Virus genome (UHGV): UHGV-1373753
DNA: 36,558 nucleotides
DNA from: a virus
Direction: 5' to 3' (one strand)
Within the stretch, counting starts at the first letter, position 1, and each line of letters begins with the position of its first letter. The position numbers and the translations under genes were made by a program. A model generated the notes under the pieces. That model saw only the letters and a list, made by a program, of their open reading frames with translations, searched no databases and was not told the origin of the DNA. Positions 25,505-35,118 of the stretch are shown here, one piece after another.

Positions 25505-26970
25505 GCCTATCAGTAAAATTTGACGATCAGGAACTCGGGCGATACTTAAGTGTATTGTCCGGGTTCTCTCCGTTTAGTGGAGCAAATAGAGAGTCGGGAC
25601 TCCTTGACGGAGCAGAAAGTGCAAAAGGAGAGGATTTTGGCTATACAACATATAAATCAAAGACGCTTGAAATGCCCTTTGAAATTAAAGGAGACATCTT
25701 AGCAAGCTATGACGCGATTCAGAAAATCCTAAACGTCACAGAGCCGAAAAAACTTGTTTTTGGGAATTATCCAGATCGCTACTTTTATGCGATACCGGAC
25801 GGAAACCTTGATGTGACACAGGTTGCGATTTTTGGGAAAGGCGCAATCACTTGGCTTATCCCGGATGGGGTAGCGTACTCTGTCGGCGAATTTGATTTTG
25901 ACGGTGTACAGCAAGACGGATACCAGACCATTACCATCCAAAACAACGGCACCGAATGGGCAGACGTGGATTATGAGATCACGCACCAGCACGAAAACGG
26001 GTTTATCGGACTGGTTAGCCAGTATGGAGTCATCCAGCTCGGCAAACAGGAAGAAGCAGATGGAGAGAACTACGAAGCGTCCGAAGAACTGTTTAACGGT
26101 TACAGCTTGTTTCAAGACGATCATGGAACGTCTTACCAAAATCCAGAGAATACCACACAGGGGACGCTTGAAGTACGGAATGTTGCCGGATATAACGTTA
26201 TGGCATTAAAAGGTGGACAAGCAACATCCGGATACTGGAACGGTGGAATGAAAACACTTACTATCCCGGTTGACAGTGAGGGTAGACGTGGAGCGAAGAA
26301 CTTTTACTGTTACACGCAGCACTGGTTCGAGACTGGATTGATGGGACAGACGGGAGCGCAGACCATTGCATTTCTGACTGGAGATAACAAGGTGATTTGC
26401 GCCATGTCTATTAACAAGAGTGATGCCGCGGGAAATACGGCACGTATCGAGTGGTTCGCCCCAGGAAACACCTTGCTCAGACGGGAAGAGTTCCAGCCGA
26501 CAGCATACGAGGGCAATCCGTTTAACCTAAAAATGGGATGCCATAATGACTTTTTAAAAGAGGGAGAAAAGCTGCGGATTTTCTGGTATGGAAGCTATAT
26601 GGAGAGAAACATACCGGAAATAAAGGATATGGAATGCGAAAAAATCCAGATCTGGATCGGGCAGTGGGGAGACCGAAATCTATCAAACCAGTACGTCACA
26701 CACAACTATTTAAAAAGCATCCGATTCCGGAAAGACAATGTCGATAAGTATAAGGATGTGCCGAACCGGTATCGTGCCGGAGATGTGGTGTCTATAGACG
26801 GAGAGAGTACAAAGGTCTATGTAAACGGGATGCCGGCAAAAGGAGATGAGATTAATGGATCCAATTATCCAAAAGTTCCACCGGGGACAACGGAAGTCCA
26901 GTTCTGCTATTCTTCCTTTTCATCTCCACCGCCGCATATTAAAGCAAAAATACGGGAGGTATATTTGTAA
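25501..26970 (+). CDS. Distal tail protein (Dit), 'evolved' long form with an inserted domain
   Basis: TTG 25501 after AGGAGGGGATAGAAA. 489 aa directly after the tape measure gene; canonical Dit proteins are about 250-300 aa. Confidence 0.6.
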   Translation: MSLSVKFDDQELGRYLSVLSGFSPFSGANRESGLLDGAESAKGEDFGYTTYKSKTLEMPFEIKGDILASYDAIQKILNVTEPKKLVFGNYPDRYFYAIPDGNLDVTQVAIFGKGAITWLIPDGVAYSVGEFDFDGVQQDGYQTITIQNNGTEWADVDYEITHQHENGFIGLVSQYGVIQLGKQEEADGENYEASEELFNGYSLFQDDHGTSYQNPENTTQGTLEVRNVAGYNVMALKGGQATSGYWNGGMKTLTIPVDSEGRRGAKNFYCYTQHWFETGLMGQTGAQTIAFLTGDNKVICAMSINKSDAAGNTARIEWFAPGNTLLRREEFQPTAYEGNPFNLKMGCHNDFLKEGEKLRIFWYGSYMERNIPEIKDMECEKIQIWIGQWGDRNLSNQYVTHNYLKSIRFRKDNVDKYKDVPNRYRAGDVVSIDGESTKVYVNGMPAKGDEINGSNYPKVPPGTTEVQFCYSSFSSPPPHIKAKIREVYL

Positions 26971-29600
26971 TGGATAACATCAGAATTGCGATTCTAAGCA
27001 CAAATAACACGCCAGTAGCGTACATGGACAACGGGCATAAAAAGTCCATGCACTACTGGAATGATAAGCTACACGAATACTTACAGGGTACGGCGAATGC
27101 TTACACTTTTACGGTAAATGCAAAGCATCCAGACGCACAGCATATCAAAGCTGGGAATAAGGTGGCATTTACTTACAAGGGGAAATCATACTACTTAAAC
27201 ATTGTAAATACCGATAAAACGGAACAGACGATTACTGCTACGGCATGGTCACTGTCGTTTGAGCTTATTAACGAGGATGCTGGAGAATACAAAGCTGGAA
27301 AAGCCATGAGTTTTGAAGAGTACCTCGCCGTCTTTGATGCTGAGAGAACGCTTAAATTGGGACTCAATGAGGTGTCGGACAAACGGATCACCAACGAATG
27401 GACAGGTACAACGTCCGTATTAAAGAGATTATTCTCCCTGGCTAATGTCTTTTCTGCGGAGATCGAATTTGAGACAGTACTGAACAGAGACTACTCTTTA
27501 AAAGAGATTGTCCTAAATGTATATCGGAAACACTCCGATACAGACAGCGGAGTCGGAGAATACCGGAATGACATTGTACTGCGGTACGGGAAAGGAATTA
27601 CCGGAATTCGAAAAACCACAGATGCCGAGAAGCTTTACACCTGCATCCAGCCGACCGGAAAGGACGGTCTGACAATCAATGGTCTTGACAAGAAAGAATA
27701 CGATGAAAACGGACGTTTGGAATACTTTACGGATGGTGCGATCATCCGCGCACCACAGGCAAGAGACCGGTTTCCGTCCAATATCGTGAATAAAGAGGAT
27801 GCTTATATCCTGATGCGGAAAGAGTATGATACAGACAGCAAGGACAAGCTCTATAGCATGGCTCTGTCTGATCTTAAAACAGCATCTGAACCGGTGGTGA
27901 CTTACGAGGTGGACGGATATTTTGACACCAACATCGGGGATACGGTAAGGATGCAGGATCAGGAGTGGACACCAGTCCTTTATCTACAGGCAAGAGTATC
28001 AGAACAGATCAGGAGTCTTACCAATCCAAAAACTGCAAAGACGGTATTTACAAACTACAAAGAGCTGACATCGGAAATTTCGGACAGCTTATTACAGAGG
28101 ATGCAAGACCTTATTAATAAAAATAAGGTTTATACTTGCTCTATCTCAACAAACAACGGCATTATCTTTAAAAATGGCATCGGTAGCACTACTCTGACAG
28201 CTTACACTTACGATAACGGCGTGGATGTGGCAGACAAGCTACAATTCCGATGGAGCAAGGATGGACATGAGTTTTATGTTGGTAAGAGCGTTACGGTAAA
28301 TGCTACTGACGTGGATACAAAGGCGGTGTACTCATTTGAGGCTCTAGAAAATGGGATAAAACGTGGGTATTACGAGGTCACAATCACGGATGTAATGGAT
28401 GGAGAGGATGGAAAAGACGGGGAACAGGGTCCGCAAGGACCTCAAGGAAATACAGGTGCTACTGGACCGCAGGGGCCACAAGGAGCGACTGGCCCGAAAG
28501 GACCGCAGGGGGCAACTGGTGCAACGGGACCACAAGGGGTAACTGGAAACGGAATAAAGTCTATCACGAATTATTATCTTGCAACGGCAAGCGGAAGCGG
28601 TGTGTCGGCGTCCACATCAGGATGGACTACAACTGTACAAGCAATAACGGCGTCAAAAAAATATCTGTGGAATTATGAAGTTGTTACCTATACAAATGGT
28701 AGCACGTATCAATCAGCACCATGTATCATCGGGGTATATGGTGATAAGGGAGCGACAGGTGCTACAGGAGCAACAGGACCAAGTGGCATAATTGTATCTT
28801 CTACGGCTCCGTCAAATCCTAAAGTTGGCCAGTTATGGCAGACAGCAAGTGGAGAGCCGATTAAGAGATGGGATGGAAGTAGGTGGGTGATCCATTATAT
28901 TTCTGTTGATAACTTAAACGCACAGACTTTAAGTGCGATAGCGGCAGATCTTGGAACTGTAACTGCCGGACTTATTAAGGATAAGAATGGAACAATGCTT
29001 ATCGATGTTACATCCGGAAAGATTATTAGCAAGAAAATCGTGCAAGGAGCAGTGGAAAATGTTGCGTCATTGAGTAATGCGTATTTGGCTTTCTCCGGTA
29101 AGGCTCCGACAACAGATCGAGCTACTATGAGCGTGAACTTGCAAAACATCATGTTTACAAATGAAAATACAAGAAAAGCAACGACAATCCAGTTTGAGGA
29201 TGAAATGATATATGCAAGAAATTCTGCATCCCCACGTATAAGCATATATGCGTATCGCAATTACGATTCCGGTACCGTGAAAGGTCCATATACAAGTACA
29301 AACTCCGCTAATAACATCCGTATAGAACTAAAAAGAAGAGGATGTATGGTAACATGCAAGATCACAATGATTGCACAATTTCCGGGAAGTGGCGAATACG
29401 GGCTATTCAACGAAGTGAAAATTCCAGTAGGATATCGACCGGTTATGGATTTCTTTGCTCCCTATAGTGAAGTTTCAGGACCTTACATATTTGGAACGGG
29501 AAGATACGGTATAGGAAAAGATGGGGGGATCAAGATTTATGTGGAGAATGCCGGATGGACAGAACGTCACGCAACGTTCACGTGGATTACAGATGATTGA
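26970..29600 (+). CDS. Tail-associated lysin / tail endopeptidase-family protein (Tal) with collagen-like repeats and a C-terminal receptor-binding region
   Basis: 876 aa after Dit. N-terminal region is typical of prophage tail endopeptidase (Sipho_tail). Gly-X-Y runs in the middle. Confidence 0.7.
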   Translation: MDNIRIAILSTNNTPVAYMDNGHKKSMHYWNDKLHEYLQGTANAYTFTVNAKHPDAQHIKAGNKVAFTYKGKSYYLNIVNTDKTEQTITATAWSLSFELINEDAGEYKAGKAMSFEEYLAVFDAERTLKLGLNEVSDKRITNEWTGTTSVLKRLFSLANVFSAEIEFETVLNRDYSLKEIVLNVYRKHSDTDSGVGEYRNDIVLRYGKGITGIRKTTDAEKLYTCIQPTGKDGLTINGLDKKEYDENGRLEYFTDGAIIRAPQARDRFPSNIVNKEDAYILMRKEYDTDSKDKLYSMALSDLKTASEPVVTYEVDGYFDTNIGDTVRMQDQEWTPVLYLQARVSEQIRSLTNPKTAKTVFTNYKELTSEISDSLLQRMQDLINKNKVYTCSISTNNGIIFKNGIGSTTLTAYTYDNGVDVADKLQFRWSKDGHEFYVGKSVTVNATDVDTKAVYSFEALENGIKRGYYEVTITDVMDGEDGKDGEQGPQGPQGNTGATGPQGPQGATGPKGPQGATGATGPQGVTGNGIKSITNYYLATASGSGVSASTSGWTTTVQAITASKKYLWNYEVVTYTNGSTYQSAPCIIGVYGDKGATGATGATGPSGIIVSSTAPSNPKVGQLWQTASGEPIKRWDGSRWVIHYISVDNLNAQTLSAIAADLGTVTAGLIKDKNGTMLIDVTSGKIISKKIVQGAVENVASLSNAYLAFSGKAPTTDRATMSVNLQNIMFTNENTRKATTIQFEDEMIYARNSASPRISIYAYRNYDSGTVKGPYTSTNSANNIRIELKRRGCMVTCKITMIAQFPGSGEYGLFNEVKIPVGYRPVMDFFAPYSEVSGPYIFGTGRYGIGKDGGIKIYVENAGWTERHATFTWITDD
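28401..28553 (+). repeat. Collagen-like Gly-X-Y repeat tract (about 17 triplets) inside Tal; a second short tract at 28740-28788
   Basis: [51 protein letters not shown] read in frame. Confidence 0.8.
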
Positions 29601-29628
29601 TTAAAGGAGCGAATATGGAGATTAGAGC

Positions 29629-29652
29629 AAGACCGTGATGGTCTTATTTTTA
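29629..29652 (+). terminator. Hairpin plus T-run after the tail genes
   Basis: AAGAC-cgtgatg-GTCTT followed by ATTTTTAT. Confidence 0.4.
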
Positions 29653-29682
29653 TACTTTAAAATCAGAAAGGAAAGTGAGGAT

Positions 29683-30135
29683 ATGAAGAAAATGGAACAG
29701 TTAGCAAACGTAAAAGCGTTTTTATGCATGGTGTTTGGAGCTATTGCAGGAGGTTTCGTAAACCTGATCGGAGGATGGTCTGAGGACTTGACTACATTAC
29801 TTATTTTTATGGGTGTAGATTTTGTACTCGGGTTACTGATCGCTGCCTTTTGGAAAAAGAGCAACAAATCAGAGAACGGTGCGCTAAGCAGCTACTCAGC
29901 GTGGAAAGGTTTGTGCAGAAAAGGGGTATCCCTACTGATCGTACTTATTGCATATCGGCTGGATGTCACTCTCGGCGTAGACTACATCCGTACAGCCGTA
30001 GTACTGGCATTTATAGCAAATGAGGGTATCTCGATTTTGGAAAATGTTGGAATTATGGGTGTGAAATATCCGGAAGCGTTAAAAAAAGCACTGGATGTTT
30101 TAACAAATAAATCACAGGAGCAGGAGGGCGAGTAA
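29683..30135 (+). CDS. Holin (phage_holin_4_1 / Hol44-like)
   Basis: ATG 29683 after GAAAGTGAGGAT. Three TM segments and …YIRTAVVLAFIANEGISILENVGIMGV…LKKALDVL, typical of Clostridia phage holins. Confidence 0.75.
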   Translation: MKKMEQLANVKAFLCMVFGAIAGGFVNLIGGWSEDLTTLLIFMGVDFVLGLLIAAFWKKSNKSENGALSSYSAWKGLCRKGVSLLIVLIAYRLDVTLGVDYIRTAVVLAFIANEGISILENVGIMGVKYPEALKKALDVLTNKSQEQEGE

Positions 30136-30178
30136 TCGTCCTCTTTTATTGTGCGACATCGCACAAGGAGGTGAGAAC

Positions 30179-30268
30179 ATGAGCGAACAGAACGAATTTG
30201 GCAGAGTATCCGCAGAGGAACTGGAAAAAGCATTTGAAACAGAAGAGCAGGAGGAAGAGAAAGAATGA
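30179..30268 (+). CDS. Small acidic protein (29 aa) between the holin and endolysin genes
   Basis: Strong RBS AAGGAGGTGAGAACATG. Stop overlaps the amidase start (ATGA). Confidence 0.35.
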   Translation: MSEQNEFGRVSAEELEKAFETEEQEEEKE

Positions 30269-31068
30269 AAATTGGCTTAAGGGGAGGGCATTCCCCGAAT
30301 TGTAAAGGTGCAATAGGTCTGATCGATGAGCAGGCAGAAGTGCGGAAGATCTACAATGAGCTTGCACCAATGTTGCAGGCTGTCGGTCATACTGTGGTTG
30401 ATTGCAATTCCAACGCATCCAATGTCTCCGGTGAGCTGTCTGACGGCACAAATAAGGCGAATAGTGCGGGATGTGATATCTATGTCACCTTGCACATGAA
30501 TGCGGCTGGAATTCCGGCAGCAGGCGGCACAGAAGTGTGGTTATACGATGCATCCAATCCGACTACGAACACGATCGCAAGTAACATCTGCAAGAATTTC
30601 GCAAATAAAGGATTTGCTAACCGTGGTGTAAAGTACAGTTCGGGATACCATGATCTGAATGCATCTAATATGCCCGGTATGATCGTAGAGACATTATTTT
30701 GCACCGGCACAGATGATGTAGCACGGTATCGGAATTTAGGCACAAAAGGAATTGCTGAGCTGATTGCAAAGGCAATCGACAGTAGAGCGTCTGCGGGAAG
30801 TGGACAGGGAAATAATCAGAATACAGGAGATCGGGAAGGAGAAGAGACTATGCAGTGTATGTTTACGGTAGAGGGAAAAGGATGTGTATATTGGTATCAT
30901 GATGATAAGATTACGGCTTTGGGACATCCGGACGAAATGAAGATTCTGATGGATATTTACAAAGCGAACAATGGAAGAGATATGCCGTCTTATCATTGGA
31001 CAAAAAAAGCGCCGTGGCACGCAAGATTGCTTGCGGTTCTGAACAGAAAACCATCTACATCTATCTAA
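30265..31068 (+). CDS. N-acetylmuramoyl-L-alanine amidase endolysin (Amidase_3 catalytic domain plus C-terminal wall-binding region)
   Basis: GLRGGHSPNCKGA… and CDIYVTLHMNAAGIPAAGGTEVWLY match the Amidase_3 zinc-binding motifs. Confidence 0.8.
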   Translation: MKIGLRGGHSPNCKGAIGLIDEQAEVRKIYNELAPMLQAVGHTVVDCNSNASNVSGELSDGTNKANSAGCDIYVTLHMNAAGIPAAGGTEVWLYDASNPTTNTIASNICKNFANKGFANRGVKYSSGYHDLNASNMPGMIVETLFCTGTDDVARYRNLGTKGIAELIAKAIDSRASAGSGQGNNQNTGDREGEETMQCMFTVEGKGCVYWYHDDKITALGHPDEMKILMDIYKANNGRDMPSYHWTKKAPWHARLLAVLNRKPSTSI

Positions 31069-31074
31069 TAAAAT

Positions 31075-31114
31075 CCCCTCGGAGAGCTGATCTCTGAGGG
31101 GATCAATATTATTT
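31075..31114 (+). terminator. Rho-independent terminator after the lysis cassette
   Basis: CCCCTCGGAGAG…CTCTGAGGGG hairpin followed by ATATTATTTT. Confidence 0.65.
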
Positions 31115-31196
31115 TCCATCAAAATGTATTTTTAATAAATTCAATTCAAACCCCTCTGTGCTATAATATATGTAGCCAATGCGAGGGGGGATAATA

Positions 31197-31376
31197 ATGG
31201 AATATCAGATCTACGAATCTTACGATACGTTTTTACTATACCAAGAGTTTTTAGAAATCCCGGGAAATGCATTCAAATTCCGGTTGCCAGAAGGAATGGT
31301 CCTGACAACCGAAATGATGCACGCCTTTTTATGGGCGGCGTATATGAGTGTTGGACGGATGGAGTTACCGTCCTGA
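31197..31376 (+). CDS. Small hypothetical protein (59 aa)
   Basis: ATG 31197 after GAGGGGGGATAATA. Extended -10 TGcTATAAT at 31159-31167. Confidence 0.35.
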   Translation: MEYQIYESYDTFLLYQEFLEIPGNAFKFRLPEGMVLTTEMMHAFLWAAYMSVGRMELPS

Positions 31377-31393
31377 GAATATTGTATCATTTA

Positions 31394-31443
31394 TTTTGTA
31401 CTAATTATACTGCTCCAAATGGGGCTAAACACTTAGTACAAAA
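31394..31443. other. Candidate attP/att core: 11-bp perfect inverted repeat TTTTGTACTAA / TTAGTACAAAA flanking a 28-bp spacer, 5 bp beyond the integrase stop
   Basis: Both arms read directly. The geometry resembles the roughly 50-bp att sites of large serine recombinases. Confidence 0.35.
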
Positions 31444-31447
31444 CAGA

Positions 31448-32842
31448 TTATAAAAAATCTACAGCTTTAATCGTATTGTCATCATTTAGGTAAATCTCCT
31501 GTATCGTGGATCTCCAAAAAGAACGCCTGTTTTCCGGAGACAGCGAATCATACATCTGGCGAAAGTCAGTTTTTAATAGTTCTTCTACATAATGCAGGTT
31601 TCTCGTCTCTTCTTCCTCGCAAAAAGCAGCAGAAGCGGAATATTCTCTCTCCAATCTTTGGTACTCCTTATCGTAGTAATCGTAAGAGATCCGCCCTTTT
31701 TGAAATAATATATTTAATCGTTCCATTTCTTTTCTAAGCTTTTTCGGATCTTTCGCTTTCTTTTGCTTTTTTAACTCTTCGCTGATCTTGTTGCTGCGGA
31801 CTTTATACTTTTCGTACTCTCTTTCAAGATTTTCGAGCAGATATTTTTCGATAAGGTTCTGGCTTACCCTATGCCTATACGTGCAAATATGGTCTTTAAG
31901 TGCTCTATTGCAACGGTAGTAGCAGTACGTCCTTTTTTCACGTGTTTTACGATCTATAATTGATGAGCATCCGGTACCGACTAATTTCTGTCCGCATACA
32001 GGACAGCGCATCAAACCCGTAAACAGGTATATTCTACCAGACGGCGTGTTTTTAATATTTCTTTTCGATATAATTTGCATCTCATTCCATTCTTTTTCTG
32101 ACAGGTATGCTGGACAATAAGGGTACCCTCTGTACGTCCCCTTGTAAAATTCGCTCGATAACATTGTTCTCAACATTCCATAGCTAAAATCAATACCATA
32201 GGCCTCTTGCATGTACCGTACAGCACCTTTTTTGGAGTTATGGCTTTTAAAGTATTTAAAAAAATCCTCCACCATGTGTTCTGTTTCTGGATCCTTAACC
32301 ATGCATTTCTTTCCGTCCACAACGCCTGTTTTATAACCAAAAGGCATGTTTGCATCACCAAATATTAGCTTTTTCTGCCGTATAGATGATTCGTTGACAA
32401 ATTTAATACGCTCCGATGTGGTATCTACTTCGTTTTGGCCGATTGAGAGTACAACGTTTAACTGCAAACGTCCATCCCGTGTCTCCATGTTGATTCCCGG
32501 CTCAGATACGGATATCCAACGCACTCCATGCGCATCTAGCACGTCCTGCACTTTGTAAAAATCCGACAGGTTTCGGAACCATCTATCCAGTCTCCAAAAT
32601 AGTATTACATCGATTCTGTCCTTTTTTACATCCTCTATAAGAGCATGGATGGCTTTTCTTTTCTTCAGTTCTTTTCTGGCAGTCTTTCCCTCGTCCGCAT
32701 AAATTCCGACTACAGCCATATTATGATCCGCTGCATATTGCTTTAGGCATTCTTTCTGTGCTTGCAGAGACTTGCCATGTACGCTCTGCTCAAATGTGGA
32801 GACGCGGATATAGATGGCACATCTCAATATTTTCTCTTGCAT
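31448..32842 (-). CDS. Large serine recombinase (integrase)
   Basis: N-terminus AIYIRVSTFEQ…GKSLQAQ (resolvase catalytic Ser motif), recombinase domain, and C-terminal zinc ribbon (CPVCGQKL…CYYRC). RBS AAAGGAGTGA. 464 aa. Confidence 0.85.
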   Translation of the reverse strand: MQEKILRCAIYIRVSTFEQSVHGKSLQAQKECLKQYAADHNMAVVGIYADEGKTARKELKKRKAIHALIEDVKKDRIDVILFWRLDRWFRNLSDFYKVQDVLDAHGVRWISVSEPGINMETRDGRLQLNVVLSIGQNEVDTTSERIKFVNESSIRQKKLIFGDANMPFGYKTGVVDGKKCMVKDPETEHMVEDFFKYFKSHNSKKGAVRYMQEAYGIDFSYGMLRTMLSSEFYKGTYRGYPYCPAYLSEKEWNEMQIISKRNIKNTPSGRIYLFTGLMRCPVCGQKLVGTGCSSIIDRKTREKRTYCYYRCNRALKDHICTYRHRVSQNLIEKYLLENLEREYEKYKVRSNKISEELKKQKKAKDPKKLRKEMERLNILFQKGRISYDYYDKEYQRLEREYSASAAFCEEEETRNLHYVEELLKTDFRQMYDSLSPENRRSFWRSTIQEIYLNDDNTIKAVDFL

Positions 32843-32929
32843 CTTGTATCACTCCTTTGTAAATAGTATTTAAAAATAGGTATAAAAATAACAGCCGCGC
32901 AAAACAAACGTTCCGCTTGCAAGCTGTTT

Positions 32930-32974
32930 CCGAAGATGATACAATATTCGTGGATTTCAATAGCATATCTTCGG
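32930..32974. other. Imperfect inverted repeat CCGAAGATgATA…ATATCTTCGG upstream of int (alternative att or int operator candidate)
   Basis: CCGAAGAT (32930-32937) and ATCTTCGG (32967-32974) are exact reverse complements; the flanking ATA/TAT extends the symmetry. Confidence 0.3.
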
Positions 32975-32983
32975 ATATGTATT

Positions 32984-33020
32984 GCCGCCCTGGTGTTGGT
33001 AGCACCGGGGCGGTTTTATT
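32984..33020 (+). terminator. Strong +-strand hairpin plus T-run with no obvious upstream +-strand gene
   Basis: GCCGCCCTGGTG-ttggtag-CACCGGGGCGG followed by TTTTATTTTATTT. Abuts the Uma2 gene stop. Confidence 0.45.
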
Positions 33021-33566
33021 TTATTTCAATAAATCATCAATGCAGATTTCGAAATCCTCAAATATTTTTAATTTGAGAATATCGTGAAAAGGTACAATTA
33101 CCGGAGCTACATCTTCCTCATATCGGTATACCGTTGTGCGTTCTCTGGCAGGATCCACAATCCAATACTCACGAACACCGGCATCGGCATAAAGTGCATT
33201 TTTTGTAGAATAATCCATTTTACGGCTGCTCGGTGAAACGATTTCGATGATAAAGTCAGGTGCTCCTTCACAGCCACGGTGTGAAATTTTGTTGGAATTG
33301 CAGACAATGCTGATATCAGGCTCTACATAATTGGAATCATCATCCTTAATAAAAACAGCAAATGGAGCAGGATAAACTTTGCAATTACCGCCTTTTCCTT
33401 TGATATAATTTCTTAGAGAGGCGGAGAGTTCCATTACCAATTCCTGATGTAATGGAGAAGGTGGTGCCATGTTATAAATTTGTCCGTTGATCAATTCCGC
33501 TCTCTGTCCATCTGGAAGAGCATAGATATCATCTATTGTATGTGTGGTTGTTTTTAATAATGGCAT
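33021..33566 (-). CDS. Uma2-family (DUF820) endonuclease
   Basis: …LPDGQRAELINGQIYNMAPPSPLHQEL…VEPDISIVC…GAPDFIIEIVSPSS…YADAGVREYWIVDP… matches the Uma2/PD-(D/E)xK-like family pattern along its whole length. Confidence 0.75.
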   Translation of the reverse strand: MPLLKTTTHTIDDIYALPDGQRAELINGQIYNMAPPSPLHQELVMELSASLRNYIKGKGGNCKVYPAPFAVFIKDDDSNYVEPDISIVCNSNKISHRGCEGAPDFIIEIVSPSSRKMDYSTKNALYADAGVREYWIVDPARERTTVYRYEEDVAPVIVPFHDILKLKIFEDFEICIDDLLK

Positions 33567-33699
33567 GATATCACATCCTTTCTTAATTTAATTTGAATTC
33601 TCCCAGTCTTTTGTATTATGTATAATCGACGAAACAGTTATACCTATCATGTAATTGCCTGCTGTGGAGCAGGGGAGAGAAAAATTTACAATTTGTCTA

Positions 33700-33727
33700 T
33701 TGCATTAAAGATCAAAAAGCGTATAAT
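33700..33727 (+). promoter_or_regulatory. Sigma-A-type promoter: TTGCAT, 16-nt spacer, TATAAT
   Basis: -35 at 33700-33705, -10 at 33722-33727. Followed by RBS AAGAAGGAGGTG. Confidence 0.55.
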
Positions 33728-33752
33728 ACATTTAAAGAAGGAGGTGTACAAT

Positions 33753-33956
33753 ATGATTCGAAAAATAATAAAAAAATACAATATATACATCTTGATATTT
33801 TCGATACTGTACCTCTTTCAAAGATTTATATTTTTAGACTTTTTAAGCATAAATAAAATATTAGTGTTTAAATATTTTTATGTGCATGAGTTTGTGTTTA
33901 TAGTCACATCTTTTTTCATTACAAAACACTGCTTTAAGATTGAGCATCTTGATTGA
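33753..33956 (+). CDS. Small hydrophobic protein (67 aa, two predicted TM helices)
   Basis: ATG 33753, 6 nt after AAGAAGGAGGTG. MIRKIIKKYNIYILIFSILYLFQRFIFLDFLSINKILVFKYFYVHEFVFIVTSFFITKHCFKIEHLD. Its 3' end overlaps the 3' end of the convergent gene 33934..34998 by 23 nt. Confidence 0.45.
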   Translation: MIRKIIKKYNIYILIFSILYLFQRFIFLDFLSINKILVFKYFYVHEFVFIVTSFFITKHCFKIEHLD

Positions 33957-34998
33957 TTTGCTCTTCTTTAAGCACATTTTTTCCTTTTATTTCAAGGTTG
34001 TTTTTAGCTTCGATCAAATCAGAATTGATTTTATCGAGGCTATCTTTATGTTGTTTTTCTATGTTTTTGAATGCTTTTATTTTATCTAAAAGTCCAGAAG
34101 AAGAAATGTTGAATTGTCCTTTAAAGAATCCAAAAATATTATATTTAAATTTAATATTAGCACCATTTATAAACAAAGAGATACTAGACAAAACCAGCAT
34201 TGCAGATATAGCTCCTGTAATCATTTCAACAGGACCAGCCGAGTTAAAAGAAGCTTTTATAACAAAATCATCAGGAGAAAAATCAGTTTCTGTTATAGTG
34301 GTGCATAGTTTTTGTGTTTCAAATATCGAATTGATGAATTTATTAAAATAGTATGCAGAAATATCTTCTGGCCGAGTCATGTTAAAAATGGCATGTAACT
34401 CTCCACTTTTATAATACAAGTCGTAAATGGAACGATTGATAAATTGTGAATATGGGTTAGCATCAACGATTGTTCCGTAAGAATAAATAATAGGTACCAA
34501 CATAGGATCTAATTGACATCTGCGCAAGGGGGCTTTTGTAATCCACTGGACATTTCTTCTTTTAAGAAAATCCAACTCAACGCCATCGAATAATATATCT
34601 AGCTTATCCTGTTCAGTAGGCTCATAGAGATAGACATCGCTTATTACTAAACCTACAGCTATTCGTTCGCAACTAGCGTTAGGTATTAAAATATAGTCTC
34701 CTATCTTCATGTCATTTACAAATTTAAGAATTTGTGCAGCAGTATTTCCGGGGCGAGAATCATCAGAGTATAATTTAATAACATCATCTTTAAGCTTTTC
34801 TTTTGTAGAACACTTAAGAGATTCAATATCATTTAATTTGTCCCATCCGATTGCAATATACTCTCCAAAATAAAAGTCTTCAAAATGTTCGCCCGCACTT
34901 GTTCGTACAAACCAATAATTAGTAGAATCATCAATTATCGGTATTCCGCAAGTTTTTAATAACTCTCTTTTTTCCAGTTCTGTTATTTGAAATTCCAT
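33934..34998 (-). CDS. AT-rich 355-aa protein with a C-proximal TM helix and coiled-coil tail; candidate superinfection-exclusion or abortive-infection protein
   Basis: ATG 34996-34998 after GGAGGAGGAAAGGT. Contains …GPVEMITGAISAMLVLSSISLFI… and then KNIEKQHKDSLDKINSDLIEAKNNLEIKGKNVLKEEQ. GC content is far below the rest of the phage. Sits between the integrase and repressor-like genes. Confidence 0.55.
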   Translation of the reverse strand: MEFQITELEKRELLKTCGIPIIDDSTNYWFVRTSAGEHFEDFYFGEYIAIGWDKLNDIESLKCSTKEKLKDDVIKLYSDDSRPGNTAAQILKFVNDMKIGDYILIPNASCERIAVGLVISDVYLYEPTEQDKLDILFDGVELDFLKRRNVQWITKAPLRRCQLDPMLVPIIYSYGTIVDANPYSQFINRSIYDLYYKSGELHAIFNMTRPEDISAYYFNKFINSIFETQKLCTTITETDFSPDDFVIKASFNSAGPVEMITGAISAMLVLSSISLFINGANIKFKYNIFGFFKGQFNISSSGLLDKIKAFKNIEKQHKDSLDKINSDLIEAKNNLEIKGKNVLKEEQINQDAQS

Positions 34999-35118
34999 AC
35001 CTTTCCTCCTCCTGTACCTTAACACCACATAACTTTTATATAAACGCCATAGCGGTTATATCATTACCATTATTTACCTGTAGTTTCCAGATTTGGAATA
35101 TACTACAATAATTACACT

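Noticed and set aside
28401-28790. Possible diversity-generating retroelement target (variable repeat) in the tail gene
   Set aside because: No reverse transcriptase gene exists in the window, and no second near-identical template copy was found. The repeats are in-frame collagen Gly-X-Y triplets.
30150-30175. Hairpin GTGCGAcatcGCAC after the holin gene as a terminator
   Set aside because: It has no downstream T-run and overlaps the strong RBS of the next small ORF. The lysis genes are more likely co-transcribed and terminated at 31075-31114.
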